In this document: piece after piece, positions 32,463-42,017 of the stretch | Layout of the letters: the number at the start of each line of letters is the position of its first letter | Numbering within the stretch: the stretch's first letter is position 1 | Source of the DNA: Clostridia bacterium | Lineage (GTDB): Bacteria > Bacillota > Clostridia > Oscillospirales > CAG-272 | DNA length: 64,000 bases | Assembly: GCA_017441005.1 (NCBI GenBank) | Contig: JAFSAM010000082.1 | Coordinates: 8,656-72,655 of the forward strand | Direction of reading: 5' to 3' | The notes under the pieces: generated by a model | What the model was told of the DNA's origin: nothing | The model's database searches: none | The model's input: only the letters and a program-made list of their open reading frames with translations | Program-made: the position numbers and the translations under genes

Positions 32463-33515
32463 TCAGAGCCTTACCTTGCCAAGCAGATTCTTTTCAAAAA
32501 TCATATTTTCCTGCAAGTATGAACGTGTACCTACACCCGCATCGACAGCCCTTTTGTACATTTCCTTTGCAATCGATACATCGACATAAGCAAGTCCTAC
32601 GGCATTGAAGTAAATGAATTCCTCGTCATTCTCTCTGCCCTTCTTTTCGCCCGAAAGAACGTCGATGAGATTGCCGTATATATCACTGTCGGTGATGACG
32701 CCGTCCTTGTAGCAGCGAGATACCGTCTGCGTGCGGTGCTTTACGGTCTCCCAGTCATCGCATACGATCTTATCCGCCATCTTTACAACGGCATACTCAT
32801 CCTCCCAGCCGCCTATGTGGCTGTAGAATGCGCCCTTCTTGATCCATTCCGCCTTCAAAAGCGGTGCCTGTGCGCTTGTGGCTGTTACGATTATATCCGA
32901 ATCGACTATTGCATCCTTCAATACAGTCTTGCATCCAATAAAGGTCATATCGGGGAGAATGGGCGAAAGGTCTCTTATGAAAGCATCCTCCTCTGCCTCG
33001 GAAACGGCGGCAACCTTGCACACCTTGAGCGATGGTCTGACACATTTCATACCAAGCAAATGCATCTTTGCCTGCTCGCCCGCACCTATAAAGCCTATTG
33101 TTTCGGAGTTCTCACGCGACAAAGCCTCGGCGGCGGTAGCGCCCATAGCCGCAACACGCATATTCGAGCAAAGGGTACCCTCCATTACGCATACGGGAAA
33201 TCCCTTTTCGATTTCGGACAAAACGATTATTGCAGATAAATTCTGCACACCGTAGCGACGGGGATTTGGGGGGAATACAGATACCCACTTTACACCGCAT
33301 ATCTTTTCGTCAAGCAGTGTTGCGGGAAGGCAGTTTATTCTCTCCTGTGTCTCCTGATTAAAGATCTGTACTATCTTATCGGGGAAAAGTATTCTTTCCT
33401 CCTTAAACTTGAATAAGCCTTCTTTTAATGCACTTATAGCAAGCCTCATATCGAATGCGCCCGCATTTATAAGATCCTCCTGGGATAAAGTCAAATAGCT
33501 GATCTCTGTACTCAT
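32463..33515 (-). CDS. Ornithine cyclodeaminase/mu-crystallin family protein
   Basis: GVKWVSVFPPN, SNMRVAA, GFIGAGEQA, IVTATSA, FNAVGLAYVDV. Confidence 0.85.
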   Translation of the reverse strand: MSTEISYLTLSQEDLINAGAFDMRLAISALKEGLFKFKEERILFPDKIVQIFNQETQERINCLPATLLDEKICGVKWVSVFPPNPRRYGVQNLSAIIVLSEIEKGFPVCVMEGTLCSNMRVAAMGATAAEALSRENSETIGFIGAGEQAKMHLLGMKCVRPSLKVCKVAAVSEAEEDAFIRDLSPILPDMTFIGCKTVLKDAIVDSDIIVTATSAQAPLLKAEWIKKGAFYSHIGGWEDEYAVVKMADKIVCDDWETVKHRTQTVSRCYKDGVITDSDIYGNLIDVLSGEKKGRENDEEFIYFNAVGLAYVDVSIAKEMYKRAVDAGVGTRSYLQENMIFEKNLLGKVRL

Positions 33516-33648
33516 TGTGTATTCTCCTCTTTTGTTTTCTATCCCATTATATCAATTGTTTAGATGATTGTAAATAATTAGATAGTATGGTCTTGCATCA
33601 TCATAAATTGTGTGGTACAATATAAAAAAACAAAAAGGAGCATTTTTT

Positions 33649-34497
33649 ATGGAAATATTACAGCTCAAATATTTTTTTGAAAGCGCAAAAGCTGAAAGCT
33701 TTACATACACGGCAAAAAAGTATCAGGTGCCGACGACCGCAGTCTCCTCATCGATCAGAAGACTTGAAGATGAGCTTGGATGCAAGCTCTTTGAAAGAAC
33801 GGCAAACCGTATATTTTTGAACGAAAAAGGAAAAAGGCTGGAGCAAGCACTTTGCACCGTCTTTGACGAGCTTGACCAAGCTATCGAAGACATTTCGACG
33901 GACTATAATGACCGCCGCGAAATAAAGCTTCTTGTCAGGGGAATGCGGCGTAAGATCACGAATTTGCTGAGCGAATTCAGCCGAAAGCACCCGAATATTA
34001 TGTTTAAAATAGTATTCAACGAGGCCGATTCCGATGATTACGACATCATTATAGACGACGAAAAGGACATCTACAGAGGCTACAAAAAATTCAAGCTTTA
34101 CAGTATGCGTCTTCACCTGAAATGCGCATCGGACAACCCGATCAGCAAAATGAAGCTCTCTCTCGTTCAGCTCTGTGACCAGCCTTTCGTTTCTATGGAG
34201 GCAAATAGCAATATGCACAGAATCCTCACAAAGGCGTGCAACAAGGTGGGCTTCCACCCGAAAATATCCGCATTTTGCAACGATATCGAATGTTACGAAA
34301 AGCTGATCGCAAGCGGTATGGGTATCGGCATCGGACGGGAGGACTATGCCTCCGAGACAAATAACTCAAACATATCCGACCTTGACGTTACAGATTTCAA
34401 CGAAAGCTACACCGTCTACGTCTACTACAAAGAAAAAGAAAACTACGGAAACGTAAAAAACCTCATCGACTTTCTGAAAAAAGAAAGTGACAAATAA
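33649..34497 (+). CDS. LysR-family regulator, divergent from OCD gene
   Basis: MEILQLKYF...SIRRLEDELGCKLFER; AAGGAG RBS. Confidence 0.88.
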   Translation: MEILQLKYFFESAKAESFTYTAKKYQVPTTAVSSSIRRLEDELGCKLFERTANRIFLNEKGKRLEQALCTVFDELDQAIEDISTDYNDRREIKLLVRGMRRKITNLLSEFSRKHPNIMFKIVFNEADSDDYDIIIDDEKDIYRGYKKFKLYSMRLHLKCASDNPISKMKLSLVQLCDQPFVSMEANSNMHRILTKACNKVGFHPKISAFCNDIECYEKLIASGMGIGIGREDYASETNNSNISDLDVTDFNESYTVYVYYKEKENYGNVKNLIDFLKKESDK

Positions 34498-34573
34498 TTT
34501 TTTATATTAAACAGAATTTTTTGCACCCAAATTCAAAAACGCCACACTATATGATCGGAAGGAGGGAAAATGT

Positions 34574-36232
34574 ATGCAACAAGCCAAAACAAGTGATGAG
34601 CTTATTAAAAACCTTACCGAGAACTATATGGAAAAGCTGTTTTACTTTTGTTTGAAAAAAACAGGCAACCGCACCGAGGCAGAAGATCTGACACAAGATA
34701 TTGCCCTCTGTGTGATCACTTCCCTAAACAAAGGTACGTTTCCGGTATCATTTTCGGCTTGGGTATGGCAAATTGCGCGGAACCGTTACTCCGTATGGGC
34801 AAAAAACAAGCGCAAAAAAAACGAAGCCCTAAGCAGTAACGATATCGGCAATTTCGAAATTGAAGATACCCAAAAAGACATACTTGAAAAAATTGTAAAC
34901 GAAGAACAAGTGGCCTTGCTACGTCGGGAGCTGGCATTTATCAAAAGTGATTACCGTAATATAATCGTAGAATACTACATAAAAAACAAAAGCTTGCGCG
35001 AGATCGCATCACACCTCTCCCTTCCGACAAACACGGTCAAGTCTCGGCTTTTCCGAGCAAGAGAAATATTGAAAGAAGGTATGACTATGGCGCGAGAATT
35101 CGGAAAACTAAGCTACAAGCCCGAAAACATTTATTTTATTAACAACGGACTGCACGGCACAAACGGTGAACCGTGGAACTACATTTCACGGTCGCTGTGC
35201 AAAAATATTATGCTTGCAGCCTACAGAACGCCGTCAACAGCAGAAGAACTTGCCGTGGAGCTCGGAGTCGCACTCCCCTATATGGAAGAAGAGCTGTCTT
35301 CACTTGTCAGTGCCACTTTAATGAAGAAGAATAAAAACAAGTACGAAACAAACTTTTTTATCGTAAGCGCAGAAGCTCAAGAAAAGATCTATGCACATTT
35401 GCGCAGTATTGCTCCCATACTTACTAATGCCGTAATAGCCGCAATGGAATATGATATTAAGTGGAAAAACTTGAATTCACCCAATTGGCACGAAAATTAT
35501 CAGTCGTTTGAGGATATGAAATGGGCTCTGCTTATGATGGAAACAGATGCTGTAAACACCTACACACTAAACCTATTCAATAAAGATGAGCCTTCCTCCA
35601 GTATAGGGCCTTGGGGACATACTCTTCGCCCAAACGGCGGAGAATGGGATCTGCTCGGAATGGAGAGTAATCACGGCAATGAACCCTGTTTTGTAGGACT
35701 TAGCGGGTGTGTATCAAACCCAAACGAAAAGGATCTTCCGGAAATAACGTTTCGTCAATTCCGCTTTAAATACGGCGGGCTTGAAAAACGCACTCCTCCC
35801 CCTCTTTCGTACGCTGACGGGAAAGCTTTGGTTGAAGTTGCAAGCGGCAATGCTCAAGAAGCGGACATTGCAATTTTGAAGCGGTTGGAATCATACGGAT
35901 ATATTCAAAATACATCTGCGGGATATGCTCCGACAATTATGGTCATTTGCAAAAATAAAGCTCATAAAATGCCAAAAAAAGTACGGGACGAGTTTGAGGC
36001 TCTTCGCTTCAAAGCCCGAGACATTGCCGCAAAGCATTATTTATTCTGTCGCGAGCTGATATACAAAGAAATTCCCGAGTTTTTGAAGGATGATGCTTTT
36101 CAGATCGATCACGCCTGTGCAAATATTTTTTCAATGCGCGGTGCAGTTCTTGAAGAGGCAATTAAGCAAGGCTACTTGACCTTTGATAGTAATAATGATA
36201 AACAGATACTTGGAGCATTCCTTGTGATATAA
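34574..36232 (+). CDS. ECF sigma factor with about 380-aa C-terminal extension
   Basis: Region 2 AEDLTQDI..AWVWQIARN, region 4 SLREIA..TVKSRLFRAR, continuous ORF to 552 aa. Confidence 0.85.
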   Translation: MQQAKTSDELIKNLTENYMEKLFYFCLKKTGNRTEAEDLTQDIALCVITSLNKGTFPVSFSAWVWQIARNRYSVWAKNKRKKNEALSSNDIGNFEIEDTQKDILEKIVNEEQVALLRRELAFIKSDYRNIIVEYYIKNKSLREIASHLSLPTNTVKSRLFRAREILKEGMTMAREFGKLSYKPENIYFINNGLHGTNGEPWNYISRSLCKNIMLAAYRTPSTAEELAVELGVALPYMEEELSSLVSATLMKKNKNKYETNFFIVSAEAQEKIYAHLRSIAPILTNAVIAAMEYDIKWKNLNSPNWHENYQSFEDMKWALLMMETDAVNTYTLNLFNKDEPSSSIGPWGHTLRPNGGEWDLLGMESNHGNEPCFVGLSGCVSNPNEKDLPEITFRQFRFKYGGLEKRTPPPLSYADGKALVEVASGNAQEADIAILKRLESYGYIQNTSAGYAPTIMVICKNKAHKMPKKVRDEFEALRFKARDIAAKHYLFCRELIYKEIPEFLKDDAFQIDHACANIFSMRGAVLEEAIKQGYLTFDSNNDKQILGAFLVI

Positions 36233-36403
36233 TCATAACCACCCTATAAGGGTATGTTACAAGCAGGCGCCGAATCCTACCGAAACATTTGTCACATGCA
36301 ATCTTGCCCTACAGCCACTGATGTGGCGAATATTCTAAGCCTTCCTCCGAGAGGTAGCGAAGCGGCGGCGAGGGAGTGAATGACAGTCCGGTGGACTGGA
36401 AAA

Positions 36404-36590
36404 AGGGTTCCCCGAAACGCACAAAGTAAGTTTTTTGGGGGCCCGTGGTAGGGGTTCCACGAAACGCACGAAGTAAGTTTTTTGGGGGCCCGTGGTAGGG
36501 GTTCCACGAAACGCACGAAGTAAGTTTTTGGGGTTCCCGTGGTAGGGGTTCCCCGAACCGAGCTTGTCGAGTTTTTGGGGGTCCCGTGTA
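36404..36590. repeat. Four tandem 47-bp imperfect-hairpin units (REP-like)
   Basis: Units at 36404, 36451, 36498, 36545; consensus GGGGTTCC(A/C)CGAAACGCACGAAGTAAGTTTTTTGGGGGCCCGTGGTA. Confidence 0.9.
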
Positions 36591-36669
36591 GAGCCTTAAG
36601 ATGCGCGGATCACTCAACGGCAAAAGTCTCTTTTTAACCACTTAGCTTAGAATGTTAGTTTCGGGATAC

Positions 36670-36707
36670 AAAAAAGGGATATGGGCAAATGCCCATATCC
36701 CTTTTTT
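36670..36707. terminator. Terminator at end of GH2 gene
   Basis: AAAAAGGGATATGGGCA-aa-TGCCCATATCCCTTTTT. Confidence 0.85.
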
Positions 36708-39094
36708 TACTTTTCTACTTCTACTTTTATAACAGCCATTCCGAGATCGTCGTTCATTGCATAGAGCTTCATTTCTTTTGGTGTCGGCAATATCGTTAAA
36801 GGTGCCGAAGTCGAGCTTGAAGCAACAGCCTCGCCCTTTGAACGTACTGCAATCGTAATCTTACCCTCATACATCTTTCTTTCGGGAAGTGTTACTTTAT
36901 TGTGGTCGCAGTTATCGGAACCGGTTCCGACAATTTCAAACTCTTCGTTTACAGAAAACTTAACGAAGGGGGATGCATTCGGAACAACAAGTCCGTCTTC
37001 ATCGACACATTCGCAAGTAAACAAGCCAACTTCACTGCCGTCAGCCTTAAATTTAAGATCCTGACGCAATACAAGTCTGTAAGGTTTCTTTGTTGTTTTT
37101 CTTACGTGTTCAACAACATCTTTTCCGCCTTTTCTGCCGATAACCTTGAGTTCACCGGGCTCGTATGCTACGTTCCACTCACCGTGGCCGTATTTTTCAA
37201 TTTCCTGCTTGCCGAGAGAAACGCCGTTCAAGTAAAGCTCAAGCTCTTCACAGTTCGTATAAACTGTTACAACCACCTCTTCGCCCTCAAGCCCCTTTAA
37301 GTTCCAGTGAGGAACAATGTGAGCCATAGGCTCGTCGGTCCAGTGCGAAACGTTTTGATAGAAAGCGCCCTTCTTTTGCAAGAATAAGTCGATAGCTCCC
37401 GACTTTGAGCAAAGCTGAGGCCACACAGCTTCTCCTCTGTGCTCGATACTATCCCACTGATATCCGCCCATGATGTAAGATCTTTCGGTAAAGAACTTCC
37501 AGTTCTTTTCGCGTCCCAAGAACCAATGGTTTGTATCTCTGTCTTTATCTCTAACTCTACCATAGTTATTCGATTCAATAAGCCAATCTCTCGTCGTACC
37601 GGTAGCGCAGTTTTCAGATGAAAGAACGGGCTTGTCGGGATACATTTCGTGAATTTCATCATAAAAACGATGATTGTAGTTAATTGAAATTACATCACAA
37701 TACGGGAATACAGTTGAAAGATGGGGATCGTTTGATTGAGCGCTCGTAATAAATCTTGTATTATCAAGTTTACGAATAAGCGCTGCCATTCTTTTATGAA
37801 TACGAGGACCTTCTGCAGTCTTCTGATAATATTCTTCGTTACCTGTTGACCAGAACACAACCGAAGGTCTGTTTCTGTCGCGCACAACAAGTACACGAAG
37901 CTGCTCAAGGCTTTCTTCCGTCGACTCAAACCATCTTGTTTCGTCGAATACAATCATACCCATTTCATCGAGAAGATCCATTGTTCTTTCACAGTGCATA
38001 TAGTGGCAAAGTCTTACCCCGTTTGAACCCATTTGCTTAATAAGGTCAAGTTTGTATTTTGCAACGTTATCGGGAAGAACAAGACCTGTCAAGCCAAAGT
38101 CTTGGTGCATACAAACGCCCTTTATAAGTACTTTTCTACCGTTAAGAATAAATCCATCCTTTGCATCAACAGCAATAGTACGGAAACCTATTCTTGTGTA
38201 ATCTTCGTCAGAAAGAACACCATCTACATAAACACGGGTTACAACCTTGTAAAGATTAGGTGTTTCTGTATCCCAAATTTTTGGATCGTTTACTTCGGCT
38301 AAATATTTAAGAGTTGTCTTGCTTCTGAATTCTGCTTTACCTTCAGCTTTAGCCGTAGCAACTACTGTTCCGTCAACATCAACAATATCACTTTCAACAG
38401 CAATATTCTTATCTTCGTCATAGTCGTTTACAACTGTTGACTGAAAATCAACTCTCCAAAGTTTATCATTTACCTTTGTTGCAGGTGCATATACACCATA
38501 ACGGTCAAGCGCTACGGGTTCGGTAACAACCAAATTTACATTCCTGTAAATACCTGCGCCCTGATACCACCAACCTTCAAAACGTTTGCCAAATACGTAA
38601 ATAGCAAGTACGTTTTCTCTATCAAAGTAAATATTATCTGTTATATCTACGTCAAATTCGTTAAAAGCTGAAAAGTTATGCTTCATCAAACAACCGTTAA
38701 GATAAATAGTTGCATCACCCGCGATACCACCAAACTGAAGAATAACTCTCTTTCCCTTCCATTCCTGATCAGGTTCAAAGTGCTTTCTGTACCAAGCGTT
38801 ATCATAAATAAAATAACCTGTCGCACAGTTCCCTTCCTCTGTGGGAGTTTGACCTATTATGTAATCGTGAGGAACGTTAACATGCTTCCAGTTACCTGAT
38901 CTCATATCAATGTCTTTGAAGCGATAGTAAGGATTAAATGCATCGTAATAACCGTATGCTGCAGGTCCTGTATGTTTTCTGATAGTCTTTGACTGTGAAT
39001 ATACGGGGCCCTTATCGTCGTTTACCGGATAGTTTACTTCAATATCACCTTTGTGAAACATCCAGCCCTTATTTAATGATATAACCTTGCGCAT
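36707..39094 (-). CDS. GH2 glycoside hydrolase, no signal peptide
   Basis: WWYQGAGIYR, KGVCMHQDFG, RDRNRPSVVFWSTGNEE, HIVPHWN; start MRKVISLN with GAGAGGT. Confidence 0.9.
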   Translation of the reverse strand: MRKVISLNKGWMFHKGDIEVNYPVNDDKGPVYSQSKTIRKHTGPAAYGYYDAFNPYYRFKDIDMRSGNWKHVNVPHDYIIGQTPTEEGNCATGYFIYDNAWYRKHFEPDQEWKGKRVILQFGGIAGDATIYLNGCLMKHNFSAFNEFDVDITDNIYFDRENVLAIYVFGKRFEGWWYQGAGIYRNVNLVVTEPVALDRYGVYAPATKVNDKLWRVDFQSTVVNDYDEDKNIAVESDIVDVDGTVVATAKAEGKAEFRSKTTLKYLAEVNDPKIWDTETPNLYKVVTRVYVDGVLSDEDYTRIGFRTIAVDAKDGFILNGRKVLIKGVCMHQDFGLTGLVLPDNVAKYKLDLIKQMGSNGVRLCHYMHCERTMDLLDEMGMIVFDETRWFESTEESLEQLRVLVVRDRNRPSVVFWSTGNEEYYQKTAEGPRIHKRMAALIRKLDNTRFITSAQSNDPHLSTVFPYCDVISINYNHRFYDEIHEMYPDKPVLSSENCATGTTRDWLIESNNYGRVRDKDRDTNHWFLGREKNWKFFTERSYIMGGYQWDSIEHRGEAVWPQLCSKSGAIDLFLQKKGAFYQNVSHWTDEPMAHIVPHWNLKGLEGEEVVVTVYTNCEELELYLNGVSLGKQEIEKYGHGEWNVAYEPGELKVIGRKGGKDVVEHVRKTTKKPYRLVLRQDLKFKADGSEVGLFTCECVDEDGLVVPNASPFVKFSVNEEFEIVGTGSDNCDHNKVTLPERKMYEGKITIAVRSKGEAVASSSTSAPLTILPTPKEMKLYAMNDDLGMAVIKVEVEK

Positions 39095-39131
39095 AAATAA
39101 TACCTCTCTTTTGTCAGTATATATTTTATTG

Positions 39132-40520
39132 TTAAATCTCAAGTTCTTCCGCCGACATAACGAAGCCGTAATCGGCATATTCGAATATATCGGCTTTTTT
39201 GTCTGTGTTAATTGCAATTACAGTTCTTGAGTTCTGCATACCCGCCAGATGCTGTACAGCACCCGAAATGCCTATCGCAATATATATTTCGGGGGCGATC
39301 ACCTTGCCCGTCAGTCCTATCTGCGTATCGTAGCCTATAAGTCCCCCGTCGACGACCTTACGCGACGAGCCTATCCCCGCACCTATCTTTTCGGCAAAAG
39401 CCTTTACCCTGTCAATACATCCGACAGCTCCGTGGCCGAACGATACGACGATTCTTTCCTTTGTGTCTTCCTCGGTTCTTACCGTCGCCATAACGGGAAG
39501 AGTCAGGCTCTTTATTTTTGCAATAACCTTTCCCGAGAGGGCGGGACGGACCATAAACAGTGTTTCGCCGTCCGTCTCGAGGCTCGTGCAATCGGCACAA
39601 AGTCCGATCCTCAGCCTTGCCGCTACCCTTCCCGCCAACCTTTTGCTTTCGGCATCGGTCGCAAAAAGCACGGCATTCGGCTTTTCTGTAGTGATCCTTT
39701 GAGCGATCTCTTCCTCATCGGCTGAGTCGATGACCGTTATATCGTCGGAAACCGATCTTGCAAACTCAATAGGCTTTTTGCCGACGATCCATACCTTGTC
39801 TATCTTTTTATCTGACGTTTCGGTCTTTTCTGTAGCTAAGACCTCTGTATTCAGCACTCTTTCGATGGTGTCATAAAGCGCATCTTTGTCAAGAAAAACG
39901 CATTTTCTCTTGCCGGACTGATTTTCAAAAGTCTGTATGACCCTTGTAGGCGAGCCGCGAAGTCCGCATTTTTCGGTGTCGGCACCGATATCCTCGGCGT
40001 TCCATATTTCGACCTCCCCCATCTTCGAAAAAAGGCTGGGAAGTCTTAAATCACATATTCTTTCAAACGTGAGAAGCGAAGGTGCTTTTACGGTGCACTC
40101 TCCCTCGCGCCTTGTCATACATTGAGCAGATTCTTCGGTTATGTTTTTTATAGCCATAACCTCGGTCATAAGGCTGTATCCCAATAATTCCGACGTCATA
40201 GGACCCGTCTGTCCGGTATCGCCCTCCATAGTCTGCCTTCCGCAGAAAACGTAGTCGGGAGATAATTTTTTCAGCGCAAGAGACAGCGCATAAGCCGTAG
40301 CCAACGTATCCGCTCCCGCAAAGCGCGTGTCGGAAAGCAGTATTGCCTTTTTTGCACCCAGTCTTGTTAGGCTTTTCAAATAATCAGCCGTCGACGGTAT
40401 GCCCATAGACAACAGAATTACCTCTGCCCCGCCGATCCGCAATGCGCTCTCGTAAGCACTTGCCTCGAACGGGCTCATCTCGCCGTTTCTGCCCTGTCTT
40501 ATACAAACTACTATCTTCAT
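39132..40520 (-). CDS. Fused electron transfer flavoprotein beta/alpha
   Basis: Beta motifs GADTLATA, CGRQTMEGDTGQ, GLRGSPTRV followed in frame by alpha motifs GLCADC, QIGLTG, GISGAVQHLAGM. Confidence 0.9.
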   Translation of the reverse strand: MKIVVCIRQGRNGEMSPFEASAYESALRIGGAEVILLSMGIPSTADYLKSLTRLGAKKAILLSDTRFAGADTLATAYALSLALKKLSPDYVFCGRQTMEGDTGQTGPMTSELLGYSLMTEVMAIKNITEESAQCMTRREGECTVKAPSLLTFERICDLRLPSLFSKMGEVEIWNAEDIGADTEKCGLRGSPTRVIQTFENQSGKRKCVFLDKDALYDTIERVLNTEVLATEKTETSDKKIDKVWIVGKKPIEFARSVSDDITVIDSADEEEIAQRITTEKPNAVLFATDAESKRLAGRVAARLRIGLCADCTSLETDGETLFMVRPALSGKVIAKIKSLTLPVMATVRTEEDTKERIVVSFGHGAVGCIDRVKAFAEKIGAGIGSSRKVVDGGLIGYDTQIGLTGKVIAPEIYIAIGISGAVQHLAGMQNSRTVIAINTDKKADIFEYADYGFVMSAEELEI

Positions 40521-40526
40521 AAGCAC

Positions 40527-41996
40527 TTATCTCTCTCTGTAAATGGGAGCTAATGCATCGTGTATCTTCTTATATTCTTTATATACCTTCTTGTATTTTT
40601 CGGTGTTTTCGGGGTTTGGTACTACCGTATCAACCTCTTTTATACAAACCTTAACAGCTTCTTCGGCACTCTTGAACACACCGCAGGCAATACCTGCAAG
40701 CATTGCCGAGCCGAGCGAGGAATCGGCACTCTCGGTTATGCGAAGCTCGATTCCGAGCATATCGGCGGTTATCTGCGCCCAAAGTCTGCCCTTGCCGCCG
40801 CCTCCGATGAGGGTCGCCTTCTTGTTGTATTCCATTCCGAGCGAGTCAAGATAATTCTTACTGTCAAGAAGTGACAGCGATACGCCCTCGAGCACCGCTC
40901 TTGTAAAATGCGCCTTTGTATGTGTCGATCTTACACCGGTAAAGCTTCCGCAAAGCATAGGATCGGCATAAGGGGTTAGCTCGCCGTTGAGGTGGGGGAG
41001 GAATATCAGTCCCTCGCAGCCGAGAGGTATCTCGGATGCACCTTTGTCAAGCTCCTTGTAGCTTCCGCCGAATGAATCTCTGTACCAGCGATAGCTTGCC
41101 GCCGCAGATTTGGTTGCCGTACCGGGATACCAAAGTCCGCCTGTAATATGCGAGTAGTTTACAAGATGTCTGTCGGGATATGGCTTGTCTGTGATGACAC
41201 AAATCCTGCCCGCCGTCGCAAGCTTGACGGTTATATCGCCCTTGCTTACAGCTCCCGAGGCAAACACCTCCATTACGGTATCTGTCGTTCCGCAAACTAC
41301 GGGAAGTCCCTCGGGAAGTCCAAACCTTTCCTCCGCCTCTTTTGTTACCTTGCCGATGATGTCGGTGGGGGCGACTACTGGAGGAAGCATATCAACGGTT
41401 ATTCCCGCCAAATTGCAAAGCTCTTCGTCCCAAGCCATCTTGTTGCAATCGAAAAGCATACTGCCCTCTGCCTCGATATAGTCGGTGCAGTATACGCCGG
41501 TCAGTGCAAATCTTATATAATCCTTTTCGAAGAATATGTATCTTATTCTCTCAAAGTTGTCTTTTTCGTTTTCATTTAACCACATAAGCTGAGGAAGTGT
41601 CCATATCGTATCGGGCTTGTGGTAGGTCTTTTTGAATATTTCTTCAGCCATCGATGCGTAAACTCTGTCAGCCTGCTCCCTGCTTCTTGTGTCCGTCCAA
41701 TGCATTGCAGGTCTTATGGGGTTATAGTCCTTGTCGCAGACAAGGCTTGTATGTGTGGCAGAATCGATTGCAACACACAACACGTCCTTCATATCTATTC
41801 CGCTTTTTTCGGTGAGTCCCTTTACGTTTTCAGCCAAGGCAAAAAGCCAGTCCTCCGCCTTTTGCTCACAAGCCGCGGGCGTGGGATGGTAGGTAGGATA
41901 TTCAACGTTGTTTTCGGCAACTATTCTGCCGTCAGTATCTATCAGCGTTGCCTTTGTGGAGCCGCCGCCGAAATCTATTCCAAGTAAGTATTTCAT
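40527..41996 (-). CDS. FGGY-family carbohydrate kinase (xylulokinase-like)
   Basis: LLGIDFGG, HWTDTRS, FLPHLNGELTP, RAVLEGV. Confidence 0.9.
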   Translation of the reverse strand: MKYLLGIDFGGGSTKATLIDTDGRIVAENNVEYPTYHPTPAACEQKAEDWLFALAENVKGLTEKSGIDMKDVLCVAIDSATHTSLVCDKDYNPIRPAMHWTDTRSREQADRVYASMAEEIFKKTYHKPDTIWTLPQLMWLNENEKDNFERIRYIFFEKDYIRFALTGVYCTDYIEAEGSMLFDCNKMAWDEELCNLAGITVDMLPPVVAPTDIIGKVTKEAEERFGLPEGLPVVCGTTDTVMEVFASGAVSKGDITVKLATAGRICVITDKPYPDRHLVNYSHITGGLWYPGTATKSAAASYRWYRDSFGGSYKELDKGASEIPLGCEGLIFLPHLNGELTPYADPMLCGSFTGVRSTHTKAHFTRAVLEGVSLSLLDSKNYLDSLGMEYNKKATLIGGGGKGRLWAQITADMLGIELRITESADSSLGSAMLAGIACGVFKSAEEAVKVCIKEVDTVVPNPENTEKYKKVYKEYKKIHDALAPIYRER

Positions 41997-42017
41997 ATTC
42001 TCACCTTAATTCTCACC

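Noticed and set aside
36404-36590. CRISPR array
   Set aside because: Units are contiguous near-identical tandem copies without unique spacers; no cas genes in the window
36292-36641. Minus-strand ORFs of 74 and 110 aa
   Set aside because: Simply translations of the tandem repeat; no convincing RBS
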